Assembly: GCA_963717145.1 (NCBI GenBank)
Contig: OY970325.1
Location: 3,936,001 to 4,000,000, forward strand
DNA length: 64,000 nt
Origin: an uncultured Armatimonadetes bacterium
Lineage (GTDB): Bacteria; Armatimonadota; UBA5829; DTJY01
Direction: 5' to 3'
In this document: positions 1-8,300 of the stretch, in pieces
How positions within the stretch are numbered: the stretch's first letter is position 1
Layout: every line of letters starts with the position of its first letter
The notes under the pieces: model-generated
What the model was told of the DNA's origin: nothing
Seen by the model: the letters and a program-made list of their open reading frames with translations, nothing else
Databases searched by the model: none
Program-made: the position numbers and the translations under genes

Positions 1-2
1 AT

Positions 3-776
3 CACATTGGATGTGGTCTTGATGCTCGGGATTATTACCGTGCTCGGACGGTCTGCCGCAATCGACGACCGTCCTCCGTCCTCGAAGCTGTGATTCTCGT
101 AGCTGTAGGTGACGGCGGTGCCGCTTCCCAGCCGCAAGTCGAGCCCCAGCGTTCCCTGATCGCTACTCCGATCGATCCCGAAGTCCACACTCTCCATTCG
201 ACTCGGACCGGAGCCGCGGTAGTTGAACTGCATGACGCCATTCTCGGACTCCTGCCACCAGTTGGCCCTGTAGGCAATCCTTCCCGTGTTCGGGGTCAGC
301 CGGAAGCCGATCTCATTCACTCGCCGGTTTATCTCGAGCGGGTTGCCCGGCGTAAGATCCACGACGAGCCCTCCCGTGATGCCCAGAGGCGACAGATACG
401 GATCGACCCCGGGTATGCGCACGAGCCTGTGCAGCATGGAACTGGTCTTGGCGCTCAGGGAAAACTCATTCCGGACGCCCATCTTGAATGATATGTCCTC
501 GTCACCGACTATCAGGTCCCGTGCATCGAGCCAGTACTGAAAGTCTCCACCGTAGCCGTATGAGTCGATCGATTCGATCCCCCAGAGGTCGAACCTTCGG
601 CCGTCATACTCGCGCACTGTGTCCTGATTGCCGCTCTGGTCGTGGGTATACAGGCCGATTCCCACCTCAGTGCGCTCGTCCTGGCCTTTCAGCAGATCCG
701 ACTGTCCGAGAGCGGGGACACATATGATCACTGCAACAAACAGCACTATCGCTATCGTTCTGCAACAAAAGTTCAT
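3..776 (-). CDS. Outer-membrane beta-barrel, MtrB/PioB-like porin partner (5' part; runs off the window start)
   Basis: Not in the ORF track. Translated by hand from ATG 776 (SD AGGAGG): MNFCCRTIAIVLFVAVIICVPALG-QSDLL...EVGIGLYTHDQSGNQDTVREYDG..., a signal peptide followed by amphipathic beta-strand-like sequence, open to the window edge. Lies directly downstream of a decaheme cytochrome. Confidence 0.7.
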   Translation of the reverse strand, partial: MNFCCRTIAIVLFVAVIICVPALGQSDLLKGQDERTEVGIGLYTHDQSGNQDTVREYDGRRFDLWGIESIDSYGYGGDFQYWLDARDLIVGDEDISFKMGVRNEFSLSAKTSSMLHRLVRIPGVDPYLSPLGITGGLVVDLTPGNPLEINRRVNEIGFRLTPNTGRIAYRANWWQESENGVMQFNYRGSGPSRMESVDFGIDRSSDQGTLGLDLRLGSGTAVTYSYENHSFEDGGRSSIAADRPSTVIIPSIKTTSNV

Positions 777-806
777 CTGCTTTCCTCCTCTTCTCACTCC
801 CATTCG

Positions 807-1853
807 CTACTCGAAGAGCGCCTCGTGGGTATCCGAACCGTGTATCTGCGTGTGGCAGTTCGTACACGTGGCGTAGCGCTGTGCGAATCTGCCGATATCT
901 CCTCTCGGCGAGTGTGTTCCCGTGTGGCACTTCATGCACAGGAACGGCTCGTTCTGGAGTTGCAGCTTGTTGTTGACCGAGCCGTGCGGGTTGTGGCAAT
1001 TGGTGCATTCCTCGGTTACCGCGGGATGCTCGAACACGAACGGACCGACCTTCTCTGCATGGCATTGTCTGCACGTCTCGTCCACGTTCTCTTGTTTCAG
1101 CATGCCGTTTGGCCCGCCATGAGGGTTGTGGCAGTCCGTGCACTTAACCTTGCCCTCCGCGATCGGATGATGCGAAGGCATCCTGCTCTGGACTTCCTGC
1201 TGCTTGTGGCAGTCAAAGCAGACATACGGTTCGATGCTTCGTCGGTAAGCGGTTTCGGCCCCCTTGAGCTGCTTTCGAGCCTCCTCGAGTTCGGCCGTGA
1301 GTTCCTTGACCTTCTTGTTGGCCGCAAGCTTGTCTTCGCTGCCCGCGGGAGCGACGTTCGATCCCACATCCGTCTGCTTGATCGCTCGAGTGAGTCCTTG
1401 TACGGAGAGCTTGGCGTTTTCCACGTCGCTCAGCAGCTTCTTTTCGCCTTCGCTGTGCAGATCATGGCACTTGATGCAGCTCACCTTGGCTCGAGCATGG
1501 ACGCTCGTCTGCCACTGGGTGACATGCTCTCCGGAGTGGCACTTTAGGCAGGTATCCGCCAACTTGTTCGGTGGCAACTCCTGCGGCCTGATGATCTTCT
1601 TGATGTCGCCGCCGCCTTCGACATGCGCTCCACCCGGCCCGTGGCATGCCTCGCATCCGTTCTGCGAAGGCTCCTTGTTGAAGAGCATTCGTCTGTGAAC
1701 GGTGTGAGACCACGTCTTGACCGTGTCCGCGTGACACGTGGAGCATACCTCACTGCCAATGTACTTGGGCTCGTCCTGTGCTTGGCCCGTGTAGAACCAG
1801 ACCAATCCCAGAACCAGGCAGAACACAAGGGTAAATGCAAGTTTCTTGACCAT
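807..1853 (-). CDS. DmsE/MtrA-family periplasmic decaheme cytochrome c
   Basis: Start MVKKLAFTLVF after SD AAGGAGG; signal peptide; 10 CxxCH motifs; family motifs YIGSEVCSTCH, GCEACHGPG, GPFVFEHPAV, CTNCHTQIHGSD. Confidence 0.9.
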   Translation of the reverse strand: MVKKLAFTLVFCLVLGLVWFYTGQAQDEPKYIGSEVCSTCHADTVKTWSHTVHRRMLFNKEPSQNGCEACHGPGGAHVEGGGDIKKIIRPQELPPNKLADTCLKCHSGEHVTQWQTSVHARAKVSCIKCHDLHSEGEKKLLSDVENAKLSVQGLTRAIKQTDVGSNVAPAGSEDKLAANKKVKELTAELEEARKQLKGAETAYRRSIEPYVCFDCHKQQEVQSRMPSHHPIAEGKVKCTDCHNPHGGPNGMLKQENVDETCRQCHAEKVGPFVFEHPAVTEECTNCHNPHGSVNNKLQLQNEPFLCMKCHTGTHSPRGDIGRFAQRYATCTNCHTQIHGSDTHEALFE

Positions 1854-2092
1854 CGCCTGGCACACGCCTCCTTGATGTTGATTTTGCTTCGCGCTTTCGG
1901 TCACCATCCGGGCCGTCTCCCGAGGGAGCGCCTGCCCTTTGAGCGTTCTGACGGCGCGAGATACTACATTTCGTGTTATTTTGAACGAAACAGCGGAGTG
2001 TTCCTTCCTGCGTGGAAAAAAAAGACGCCTGAACGAGGTTGATTGCCGATTCTCATGTTGTGAGAGCGATCTCCTGGCATAGGAATGCTGCT

Positions 2093-2139
2093 GCAATCAA
2101 GGTGGGACCGGCTTCGCCGGCCGCTCCCGCCTTGATTGC
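2093..2139. terminator. GC-rich hairpin just downstream of the 26-heme cytochrome gene
   Basis: GCAATCAAGGTGGGA-CCGGC...CCGG-CCGC-TCCCGCCTTGATTGC inverted repeat ~10 nt after the stop at 2149; no strong U-tract. Confidence 0.45.
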
Positions 2140-2148
2140 GTGCGCGCT

Positions 2149-3939
2149 CTAAGGGTTCGGATGACACATGGCGCAGTACTCCTGCTTATGGCACTTGAAG
2201 CAGGGCGAACCCTGCGCCAGGCTCGCACCATGCTTCTTATGATCCATTACCCAATTTTCGGGGTGCGGCATCTCTGTTTTGTGGCAATTCATGCAGTTTT
2301 TGCTGTCATGGCAGTTCAGACAGCTCTTGTTGCCTGCTTTCGCGGTCTTGCCGTGTGCCTTCAGCCACTCGCCTTTATGAGAGGACGGCATCAGATTCGA
2401 GTGACACGCATCGCAGAAGCTCTTGGTATGGCAGGTCGTGCAAGTCGTCGATCGGGACTGGCCGCCATGATTCTTCATCCACGCAGGCGACGAGCTGTGG
2501 CTCGCAGGTTTCGTCCCCCGGTGGCAGGCCACACAGAAGCTCTCCTCGTGGCACTTCTTGCATGCCGCCCTGTTCTGTTTCGCCACCGGTCGGTGCGCCG
2601 TCTTCCAGTTCGACGGGTGAGGCATCGTCATGCCGTGACAACTGCTGCAGAAATCCCTGGTGTGACACGTGTTGCACAGCTTGCTGTTGATCGCCGCCTG
2701 CGCGGGATGCTGCTTTGTCCAGTTTGCGGCGTGCGAAGCCGGTTTCTGCGTCTTGTGGCACTTCATGCAGAATTCCGACTTGTGGCATGTCGTGCAGTTC
2801 GCGCTCGACTGCTGGGCGGGATGTCCGTGAGTCCGCAGCCAGGTGGCATTCGCGTGCGAAGCCGGGGTCTTACCCTGGTGACACCCGATGCAGAACTGCT
2901 CCTGGTGGCAATTCTTGCAGGAATCGGCCTTCTGTTTTGCCTGTCCGGGATGCATCTGCAGCCAGTTCTTCGGATGAGTCTGATAGCGCTGATGGCAATC
3001 CGAACAGAAGAGGCGCTCGTGGCACTGGTCGCATGTCCCGGGAGATCGGCGGAACTCCTGAGGGTGCTTGGACAGCCAGTCGAGTTCGTGAGCCCTCTTC
3101 ACTGAGTGGCAGTCTGTGCAGAAACTCTTGGCATGACAGACCTCGCAACTCTGGGGTTTCTTCCGGAACTCTGCCGGGTGAGAGTTCCGCCAACCCGGCG
3201 CGTGCGGGGTCGCCATTCGGTGGCAGTTCTTGCAGAAGTCCTCCTGGTGGCACCGCTTGCAGGAGTCTCGATCGTTCTTGACCTCCTGTTTGTGGCCCTC
3301 GACCCACTCGGGAGTGAACACGCTGGGTTGTCGCATGCCTAATGTTTCATGGCATAGCCCGCACGTATTGGGAGCCTTCTTGCCGTCGTGACACTTGAAG
3401 CAGGTGTCCATCTTCGGCGTATTCTTGGTGGCAGCGTTCGGGCCGTGGACTACGTTGTCGTGGCAGAATGTGCAGGAAATCCCGCGGTCCCAGTGCTTCT
3501 TGTGCGTAATCTTCAGTCCATGGTAGACGACCAGGTCTCGGGTTTCGGGATGGCATTTCTTGCAGTTTGCATCCGGGACATGCCCCTGGATGGCTCCCGG
3601 GTCAACGCCACCCTTCACGTGCTTATACACCTGGCGCATTGCCGAGAACTTGCTCTTCGCCATGTTCGTGAGGCCGGGCATGAGGTGGCATTCCTCACAC
3701 TGGACATCCTTATGCGAAGACTCACCCCATGTCGCATAGTGGACGTCCATTTCGTGGCAGGAGGAGCAGAAGATCGACCTGTTTGTGGCGGCTACTCCGC
3801 TGACCAGCGCGATGCCGAGAATCCCGAAGGCAATCAGGAGCATGCCCCAGCTTATGGTCCAGCGCACTATCGGTATAGTGATTCTGGTCTTCAGCAGGCG
3901 GATACAGGCCTCTCTGGAAACGAAACTAGGGGCTCTCAA
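2149..3939 (-). CDS. NapC/NirT-type membrane-anchored multiheme cytochrome c with 26 CxxCH motifs
   Basis: N-terminal TM helix then FCSSCHEM...WGESSHKDVQCEECH (NapC/NirT signature); 26 CxxCH counted, the last 20 as ten W...H...CxxCH-xxx(F)-CxxCH repeats. TTG start overlaps the upstream stop. Confidence 0.88.
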   Translation of the reverse strand: MRAPSFVSREACIRLLKTRITIPIVRWTISWGMLLIAFGILGIALVSGVAATNRSIFCSSCHEMDVHYATWGESSHKDVQCEECHLMPGLTNMAKSKFSAMRQVYKHVKGGVDPGAIQGHVPDANCKKCHPETRDLVVYHGLKITHKKHWDRGISCTFCHDNVVHGPNAATKNTPKMDTCFKCHDGKKAPNTCGLCHETLGMRQPSVFTPEWVEGHKQEVKNDRDSCKRCHQEDFCKNCHRMATPHAPGWRNSHPAEFRKKPQSCEVCHAKSFCTDCHSVKRAHELDWLSKHPQEFRRSPGTCDQCHERLFCSDCHQRYQTHPKNWLQMHPGQAKQKADSCKNCHQEQFCIGCHQGKTPASHANATWLRTHGHPAQQSSANCTTCHKSEFCMKCHKTQKPASHAANWTKQHPAQAAINSKLCNTCHTRDFCSSCHGMTMPHPSNWKTAHRPVAKQNRAACKKCHEESFCVACHRGTKPASHSSSPAWMKNHGGQSRSTTCTTCHTKSFCDACHSNLMPSSHKGEWLKAHGKTAKAGNKSCLNCHDSKNCMNCHKTEMPHPENWVMDHKKHGASLAQGSPCFKCHKQEYCAMCHPNP

Positions 3940-4898
3940 CTCTTGTACCCCCCGTCGTCCGTCGCATCATGCTTCCCGCCGCCGTTGTTTCTGAGCTTCT
4001 CGCGCTCCGCTATGATCTTCTCGTATTCCAGCGGATGATGATGCATGATGTTCTCCTTGGATATCTTGCCGGTCAGCCACGTCCAACTCATGGGGAAGTT
4101 GTCCGGATTAAAATGCACGTTGTAGAAATGCCATATGATGATTGCCAATGTGGCGAGGAGCGCCTCATCGCTGTGAGCCTCATGAGCCATGTCCAGCGCA
4201 AACTTGGGCAGGAGCGCCATCGTCGTGTCCTGGAACCAGAGCATCAGCCCTGATGTGATCATGACGACCATTCCCCAGTATACTGCCCAATAATCGAATT
4301 TCTCAATGTAGCTGAACCTGCCGAACCTCGCTCCGATCTTCGAAAAGCCCAGAAAATACTTGACGTTTCTGTAGACGTCGGCAACATCCTTGAACTTCGG
4401 AAGCCACTCCATGATGTTGTGGCGTCCTTCCCTCATGGCTATGATGTAGAACACATGGAATGTGCCAACTGCCATGAGGCCGACCGCGCCGATCCTGTGG
4501 ATCAGGCCGCTCTGCGCGACGCCGCCGATAAGGCGGAAGAAAGCGCCCGCCCAGTCAGTGTTCGGGAATTTCAGAGGAATGCCCGTCACGATCAGTATGA
4601 TGCAACTTGTGAAGAGCGCCATGTGCTGCAATCGGAATACGATGCTGAACCGCTCGAATTCCTCTTCGTCGCCGAGCTTCGAGACTGCCGGAGCCTTCCG
4701 CCGGCGAGTCTTCTCTTTCGCGGCTACCTCGAGCCTGTCACGGAGTTCGCGCCGGAGCTGTTCCCGCACTTCATCTTTGGCCCGTGCCAGCGTTTCGGCA
4801 TCGAGTTTGGACCCAAGCTGCTCTGCAGCGGCATCCAACTCACTGTCTATGCTTTCATCGGAGATATGTTTATCGGTTATCGGTCTGTCTCCAGCCAT
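3936..4898 (-). CDS. Cytochrome b subunit (FdnI/HydC-like; CbcL-type membrane domain) with charged N-terminal extension
   Basis: RFS...RLQH, IHRIGA, FHV, RFSYIEKFDYWAVYWG, AHSDEALLA, WHFYNVH; four TM segments with His ligands. Confidence 0.85.
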   Translation of the reverse strand: MAGDRPITDKHISDESIDSELDAAAEQLGSKLDAETLARAKDEVREQLRRELRDRLEVAAKEKTRRRKAPAVSKLGDEEEFERFSIVFRLQHMALFTSCIILIVTGIPLKFPNTDWAGAFFRLIGGVAQSGLIHRIGAVGLMAVGTFHVFYIIAMREGRHNIMEWLPKFKDVADVYRNVKYFLGFSKIGARFGRFSYIEKFDYWAVYWGMVVMITSGLMLWFQDTTMALLPKFALDMAHEAHSDEALLATLAIIIWHFYNVHFNPDNFPMSWTWLTGKISKENIMHHHPLEYEKIIAEREKLRNNGGGKHDATDDGGYKS

Positions 4899-4899
4899 G

Positions 4900-5634
4900 T
4901 TATCGTTCCGTTTCGATTAGCTCTCTGTCGTCGGCCTTCCGCTCATTGCCCACGATGCGCTCGTACTCCAGGGGATGATGCTCTTTCATCTCGTGTTCGG
5001 AGATCTCACCGGTGAGCCAAATCCTGCTCATCGGGAATACCTCCGGGTTGAGATGAACGTGATAGAAGTGCCAGATGATGATCGCGAGGAATGCGAGCAC
5101 GGCCTCGTAGCTGTGTACCACCAGGCCGATGTCCAGTGACCACTTGGGCAGCACCAGCATCGCTTGTTCCTCGAACCAGAGGATAAGGCCGGTGAGGATC
5201 ATGACCGCCGATCCCCACGCCAGCGCCAGATACTCGAACTTCTCGATGAAGTTGAAGCGATCGAACTTCGGTTTGTCCCGCTTCAGACCGAAGTAGTATC
5301 CGAGCATGTGGATCACGTCGAACAGGTCCTTCGGCTTCGGAATGAGTGCCATGAGTTCGCGGTGACCCCTGTTCGTGAACACGGTCCAACCAACGTGGTA
5401 AGTGCACACCAACATCAGGATGACGGCCGAGATGCGATGAAGCACCGATCTCGCCGTGAAGCCGCCCAGGAATCCTATCAGGTGATGCGCCCAGGCGGCG
5501 TCATCGTACCGGAGCGGCAAGCCGGTCAGCACCAGCAGGAAGAAGCTGATCATCATGAATATATGCTGCGTGCGCTGGCTGCGCGAAAGCCTCTCGAAAC
5601 GGCGCTCGCCCGTGAGAATGGATGAATCGGTCAT
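4900..5634 (-). CDS. Cytochrome b subunit (FdnI/HydC-like), paralog of the downstream gene
   Basis: RTQH, LHRISA, KFDRFNFIEKFEYLALAWG, VHSYEAVLA, WHFYHVH. Start placed at MTDSS, which forms a TAATG overlap with the upstream stop. Confidence 0.85.
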   Translation of the reverse strand: MTDSSILTGERRFERLSRSQRTQHIFMMISFFLLVLTGLPLRYDDAAWAHHLIGFLGGFTARSVLHRISAVILMLVCTYHVGWTVFTNRGHRELMALIPKPKDLFDVIHMLGYYFGLKRDKPKFDRFNFIEKFEYLALAWGSAVMILTGLILWFEEQAMLVLPKWSLDIGLVVHSYEAVLAFLAIIIWHFYHVHLNPEVFPMSRIWLTGEISEHEMKEHHPLEYERIVGNERKADDRELIETER

Positions 5635-6932
5635 TACTTGCCATACCCCCTGCTGCCATTCCGGGAACGACGACGCCACCGCGAGATCAGATCCAGCGCG
5701 ATATAGGCGCAGAACGAGCCTATCAGCAGTATTATGAACCCGGTGTAGAAAATGCGCACCCAGTATACGCCCTTGTCCTTCTTGCTCGATGGGAGAACAT
5801 GCACCGACCCTTCAGCAAAGTTCTTACTGGCGCCGGGATGGCATACTCCGCAGGTCTTGGGCATGTTCGTCTTGTTGATCGATGACTTGGGGTCGCTCGC
5901 CGGCCTTATGTCGTGCGCTCCGTGACATGTCGCGCAGTTGGCGACGGTGATGTCGCCATACTTGTTGGCAACTCCGTGATAGCTCTCGATGTACGTACTC
6001 AGACGGTTGGCCGGCAACCCGTACTTGCGCTCGATTCTCATGTCCTCGTGGCACTTGGAGCAAGTGGCCACGACATGAGTCGGATAGACGGAGGAACGCT
6101 CCTCCGAAGGCTTGGCGATGGTATGCTCACCATGACAATCGGTGCAGGAGGGGGCATCCTTGATCCCGCTTCTCAGGGCCTGCCCGTGGATGCTTTCCTC
6201 GTAGGTCTTGTATATCTTCTGGTGGCATTTCCCGCAGGTCGCCGGTATGTGAGGCTTGCTGACGGTCGAGCCCTTCTCCTTCGCGGCCTCTATATTGTGG
6301 ATGCCATGGCAGTCGGTGCACGTCGCGGCAGCCAGTAGACCCTGCTTGTCGACTGCCTTGCCGTGAACGCTGTCCCGGTACAGCCGGATCGTCGCCGGAC
6401 CGGGAATATTGTGCCGCTCTGTCATGGCGGTATCGGAGTGGCACTTGCCACACGTGTGCGCGATTCTCGATCTGTATGTGCTGGACTTCGGATCGCTCGG
6501 CGCCTTGATGCCATGTGTGCCGTGACAGTCTTTGCAGTTGGGAGCGTCCTTGTCCATTCTCTTCACGGCCTGACCGTGTACGCTGTCCGCATATTCCGTC
6601 ATGGGACTCAGATTCGGCGCGCCGACCGTATTGTCTATCTTGTGACACCGGCTGCAATTCACGGGGTCCGCGTTCTGCTTGTGGGGAAAAGACTGGCCCG
6701 CGAGATCTGTGTGACAGTCCTCACATTTCCTGCCCGCATGCACCGATTGCTGGAGTTCGCTTGCTTCGACATGCAGGGACATCTGCTTGCCGCCTATGGT
6801 CTTGCTCAATCCCTTGGCACTGTGGCACATGAGGCACTTGCCGGAGTCCACCATGGTGGCCGGCGTGGCCGGAGATGCGAGCGCAATAGCGACAACCGCC
6901 ATCAAGCAGGATAGTATCGATCTTCTGAGCAT
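5634..6932 (-). CDS. 11-heme cytochrome c with signal peptide and C-terminal TM anchor (CbcL-like periplasmic domain)
   Basis: 11 CxxCH motifs; repeated YxxSxHG...CxDCHGxH...CGKCH units; C-terminal hydrophobic helix followed by RWRRR. Confidence 0.88.
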   Translation of the reverse strand: MLRRSILSCLMAVVAIALASPATPATMVDSGKCLMCHSAKGLSKTIGGKQMSLHVEASELQQSVHAGRKCEDCHTDLAGQSFPHKQNADPVNCSRCHKIDNTVGAPNLSPMTEYADSVHGQAVKRMDKDAPNCKDCHGTHGIKAPSDPKSSTYRSRIAHTCGKCHSDTAMTERHNIPGPATIRLYRDSVHGKAVDKQGLLAAATCTDCHGIHNIEAAKEKGSTVSKPHIPATCGKCHQKIYKTYEESIHGQALRSGIKDAPSCTDCHGEHTIAKPSEERSSVYPTHVVATCSKCHEDMRIERKYGLPANRLSTYIESYHGVANKYGDITVANCATCHGAHDIRPASDPKSSINKTNMPKTCGVCHPGASKNFAEGSVHVLPSSKKDKGVYWVRIFYTGFIILLIGSFCAYIALDLISRWRRRSRNGSRGYGK

Positions 6933-6959
6933 AGAGTGTTCCCCCTGAGACCTGTCGAG

Positions 6960-8069
6960 CTACCGTGAAGCCCTTCGCCGCCGGCGCTTTGCGTACAGAT
7001 CGAGCAGTATGTGACCGATCAGAGCCACCATCGTGCATATCGTCAGCCACTTGAACGCGGTGCTTACGTAGTATAGCACTGACTGTTCTCCGTGTGAGAT
7101 TATGACGTGTATCTTTCCTTTGGCAAAGTTCTCGTTTGACCCCGTATGGCACTTACCGCACGTCTTGGGCAAATTCGCCTTGCTGACACTCGACTTGGGA
7201 TCGCTGGACGGGCGTATGTTGTGCGCGCTGTGACAGCTTGCACAATTCGCCACGGCCGGATTTCCAAACTTGTTCGCCACACCGTGATAGCTCTCACGGT
7301 ATGTCGCGTATCGTTCCTTGGGAATTCCGTACTTCTTCTCGATAAGCAGGCTGTCATGGCACTTCGAGCAGGTCTCCGGTATGGTGGTCGCATATACGGA
7401 GGAAGCTGGATCCTTCGGCGACTGGATGGCGTGCTCTCCGTGGCAGGTCGTGCATACCGGAACGTCGGGGTTGCCATGCAACAGAGCTTGTCCGTGAATG
7501 CTCTCGCGGTAGTCGCTGTATATGTCGATATGGCATCGGCCGCACATCTTCGGAACCTCTGCCTTGTTGACGCGCGACTTCGGGTCCGACGGTTTCCTGA
7601 TGTCGTGTCTGCCATGGCAATCCTGGCAGGTCGGGGCGCTCGTATTGCCGGATGCAAGGGCGCGCTTGTGGATGCTTTCACGGTATTCGGCGGGTTTCTT
7701 CGGCATTTTGATGCCCTGGATCTTCTCCACGTAGTGGCACCGCCCGCAGTTCACCTTTTCGATGTGATCCAGGCCGTGAGGAATCCGTTTGATGTCGTTA
7801 TGGCAATCGGTGCAAGCGCGTTGGGAGTGGACCGTCTTGGCGAACTCCGCGCCGTCCACGTACAGCGAGATCGTTCTGCCGTCAGCCATGGTCTTCTTGA
7901 GCTTCGGATCGTCATGGCAGCCCAGACACACGCCGTTATCCCTGGATGACTCCAGGTTCACGGGTATCGATGCGGCAGACGCGCTCGGACCCGCAAGCCT
8001 GAACAGAAGTGCCAGGCAGGCGGTCATGTGGAATACTCTGACGTTTTGAACTATTGTACCTTTTTTCAC
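6960..8069 (-). CDS. 9-heme cytochrome c with signal peptide and C-terminal TM anchor (CbcL-like periplasmic domain)
   Basis: 9 CxxCH motifs; clear paralog of 5634-6932 (e.g. ESYHGVANK(F/Y)G...VANCAxCH). Start uncertain (GTG 8069 chosen); the ORF-track extension to 8258 runs through a repeat element. Confidence 0.85.
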   Translation of the reverse strand: MKKGTIVQNVRVFHMTACLALLFRLAGPSASAASIPVNLESSRDNGVCLGCHDDPKLKKTMADGRTISLYVDGAEFAKTVHSQRACTDCHNDIKRIPHGLDHIEKVNCGRCHYVEKIQGIKMPKKPAEYRESIHKRALASGNTSAPTCQDCHGRHDIRKPSDPKSRVNKAEVPKMCGRCHIDIYSDYRESIHGQALLHGNPDVPVCTTCHGEHAIQSPKDPASSVYATTIPETCSKCHDSLLIEKKYGIPKERYATYRESYHGVANKFGNPAVANCASCHSAHNIRPSSDPKSSVSKANLPKTCGKCHTGSNENFAKGKIHVIISHGEQSVLYYVSTAFKWLTICTMVALIGHILLDLYAKRRRRRASR

Positions 8070-8089
8070 TAATTTGCCCCGGACACTGT

Positions 8090-8120
8090 AGTATATCACA
8101 CAATGCCCTGATCTAGTCAA
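8090..8120 (-). promoter_or_regulatory. Candidate sigma70 promoter for the cytochrome operon
   Basis: Minus strand TTGACT-N19-TATACT with extended -10 TG, ~20 nt upstream of the proposed start. The spacer is long. Confidence 0.4.
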
Positions 8121-8170
8121 GAGGAAATTCGTAAAAACGGGTACGTGAGGAGGAGGAAATTCGGGGCTCC

Positions 8171-8236
8171 GTAGTGGCCGTGCCTCTGTGCCGGCCAAGT
8201 GACCTGGCATGGCCGGCACAGATGTACGGCAACTAC
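8171..8236. repeat. GTAG-type REP/REPIN-like palindrome, copy 1 of 4
   Basis: GTAGTGGCCGTGCCTCTGTGCCGGCC-loop-GGCCGGCACAGATGTACGGCAACTAC; other copies at 12047, 51243, 59313. Confidence 0.85.
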
Positions 8237-8250
8237 GGAGCTTCCGTCTA

Positions 8251-8300
8251 GCCCGCATTATTCATGACCTGCTGAAGTCAGCACATGAATAATGTGGGCT
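8251..8300. terminator. Hairpin immediately after the stop of 8299-11253
   Basis: GCCCGCATTATTCATG...CATGAATAATGTGGGC inverted repeat. Confidence 0.45.
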
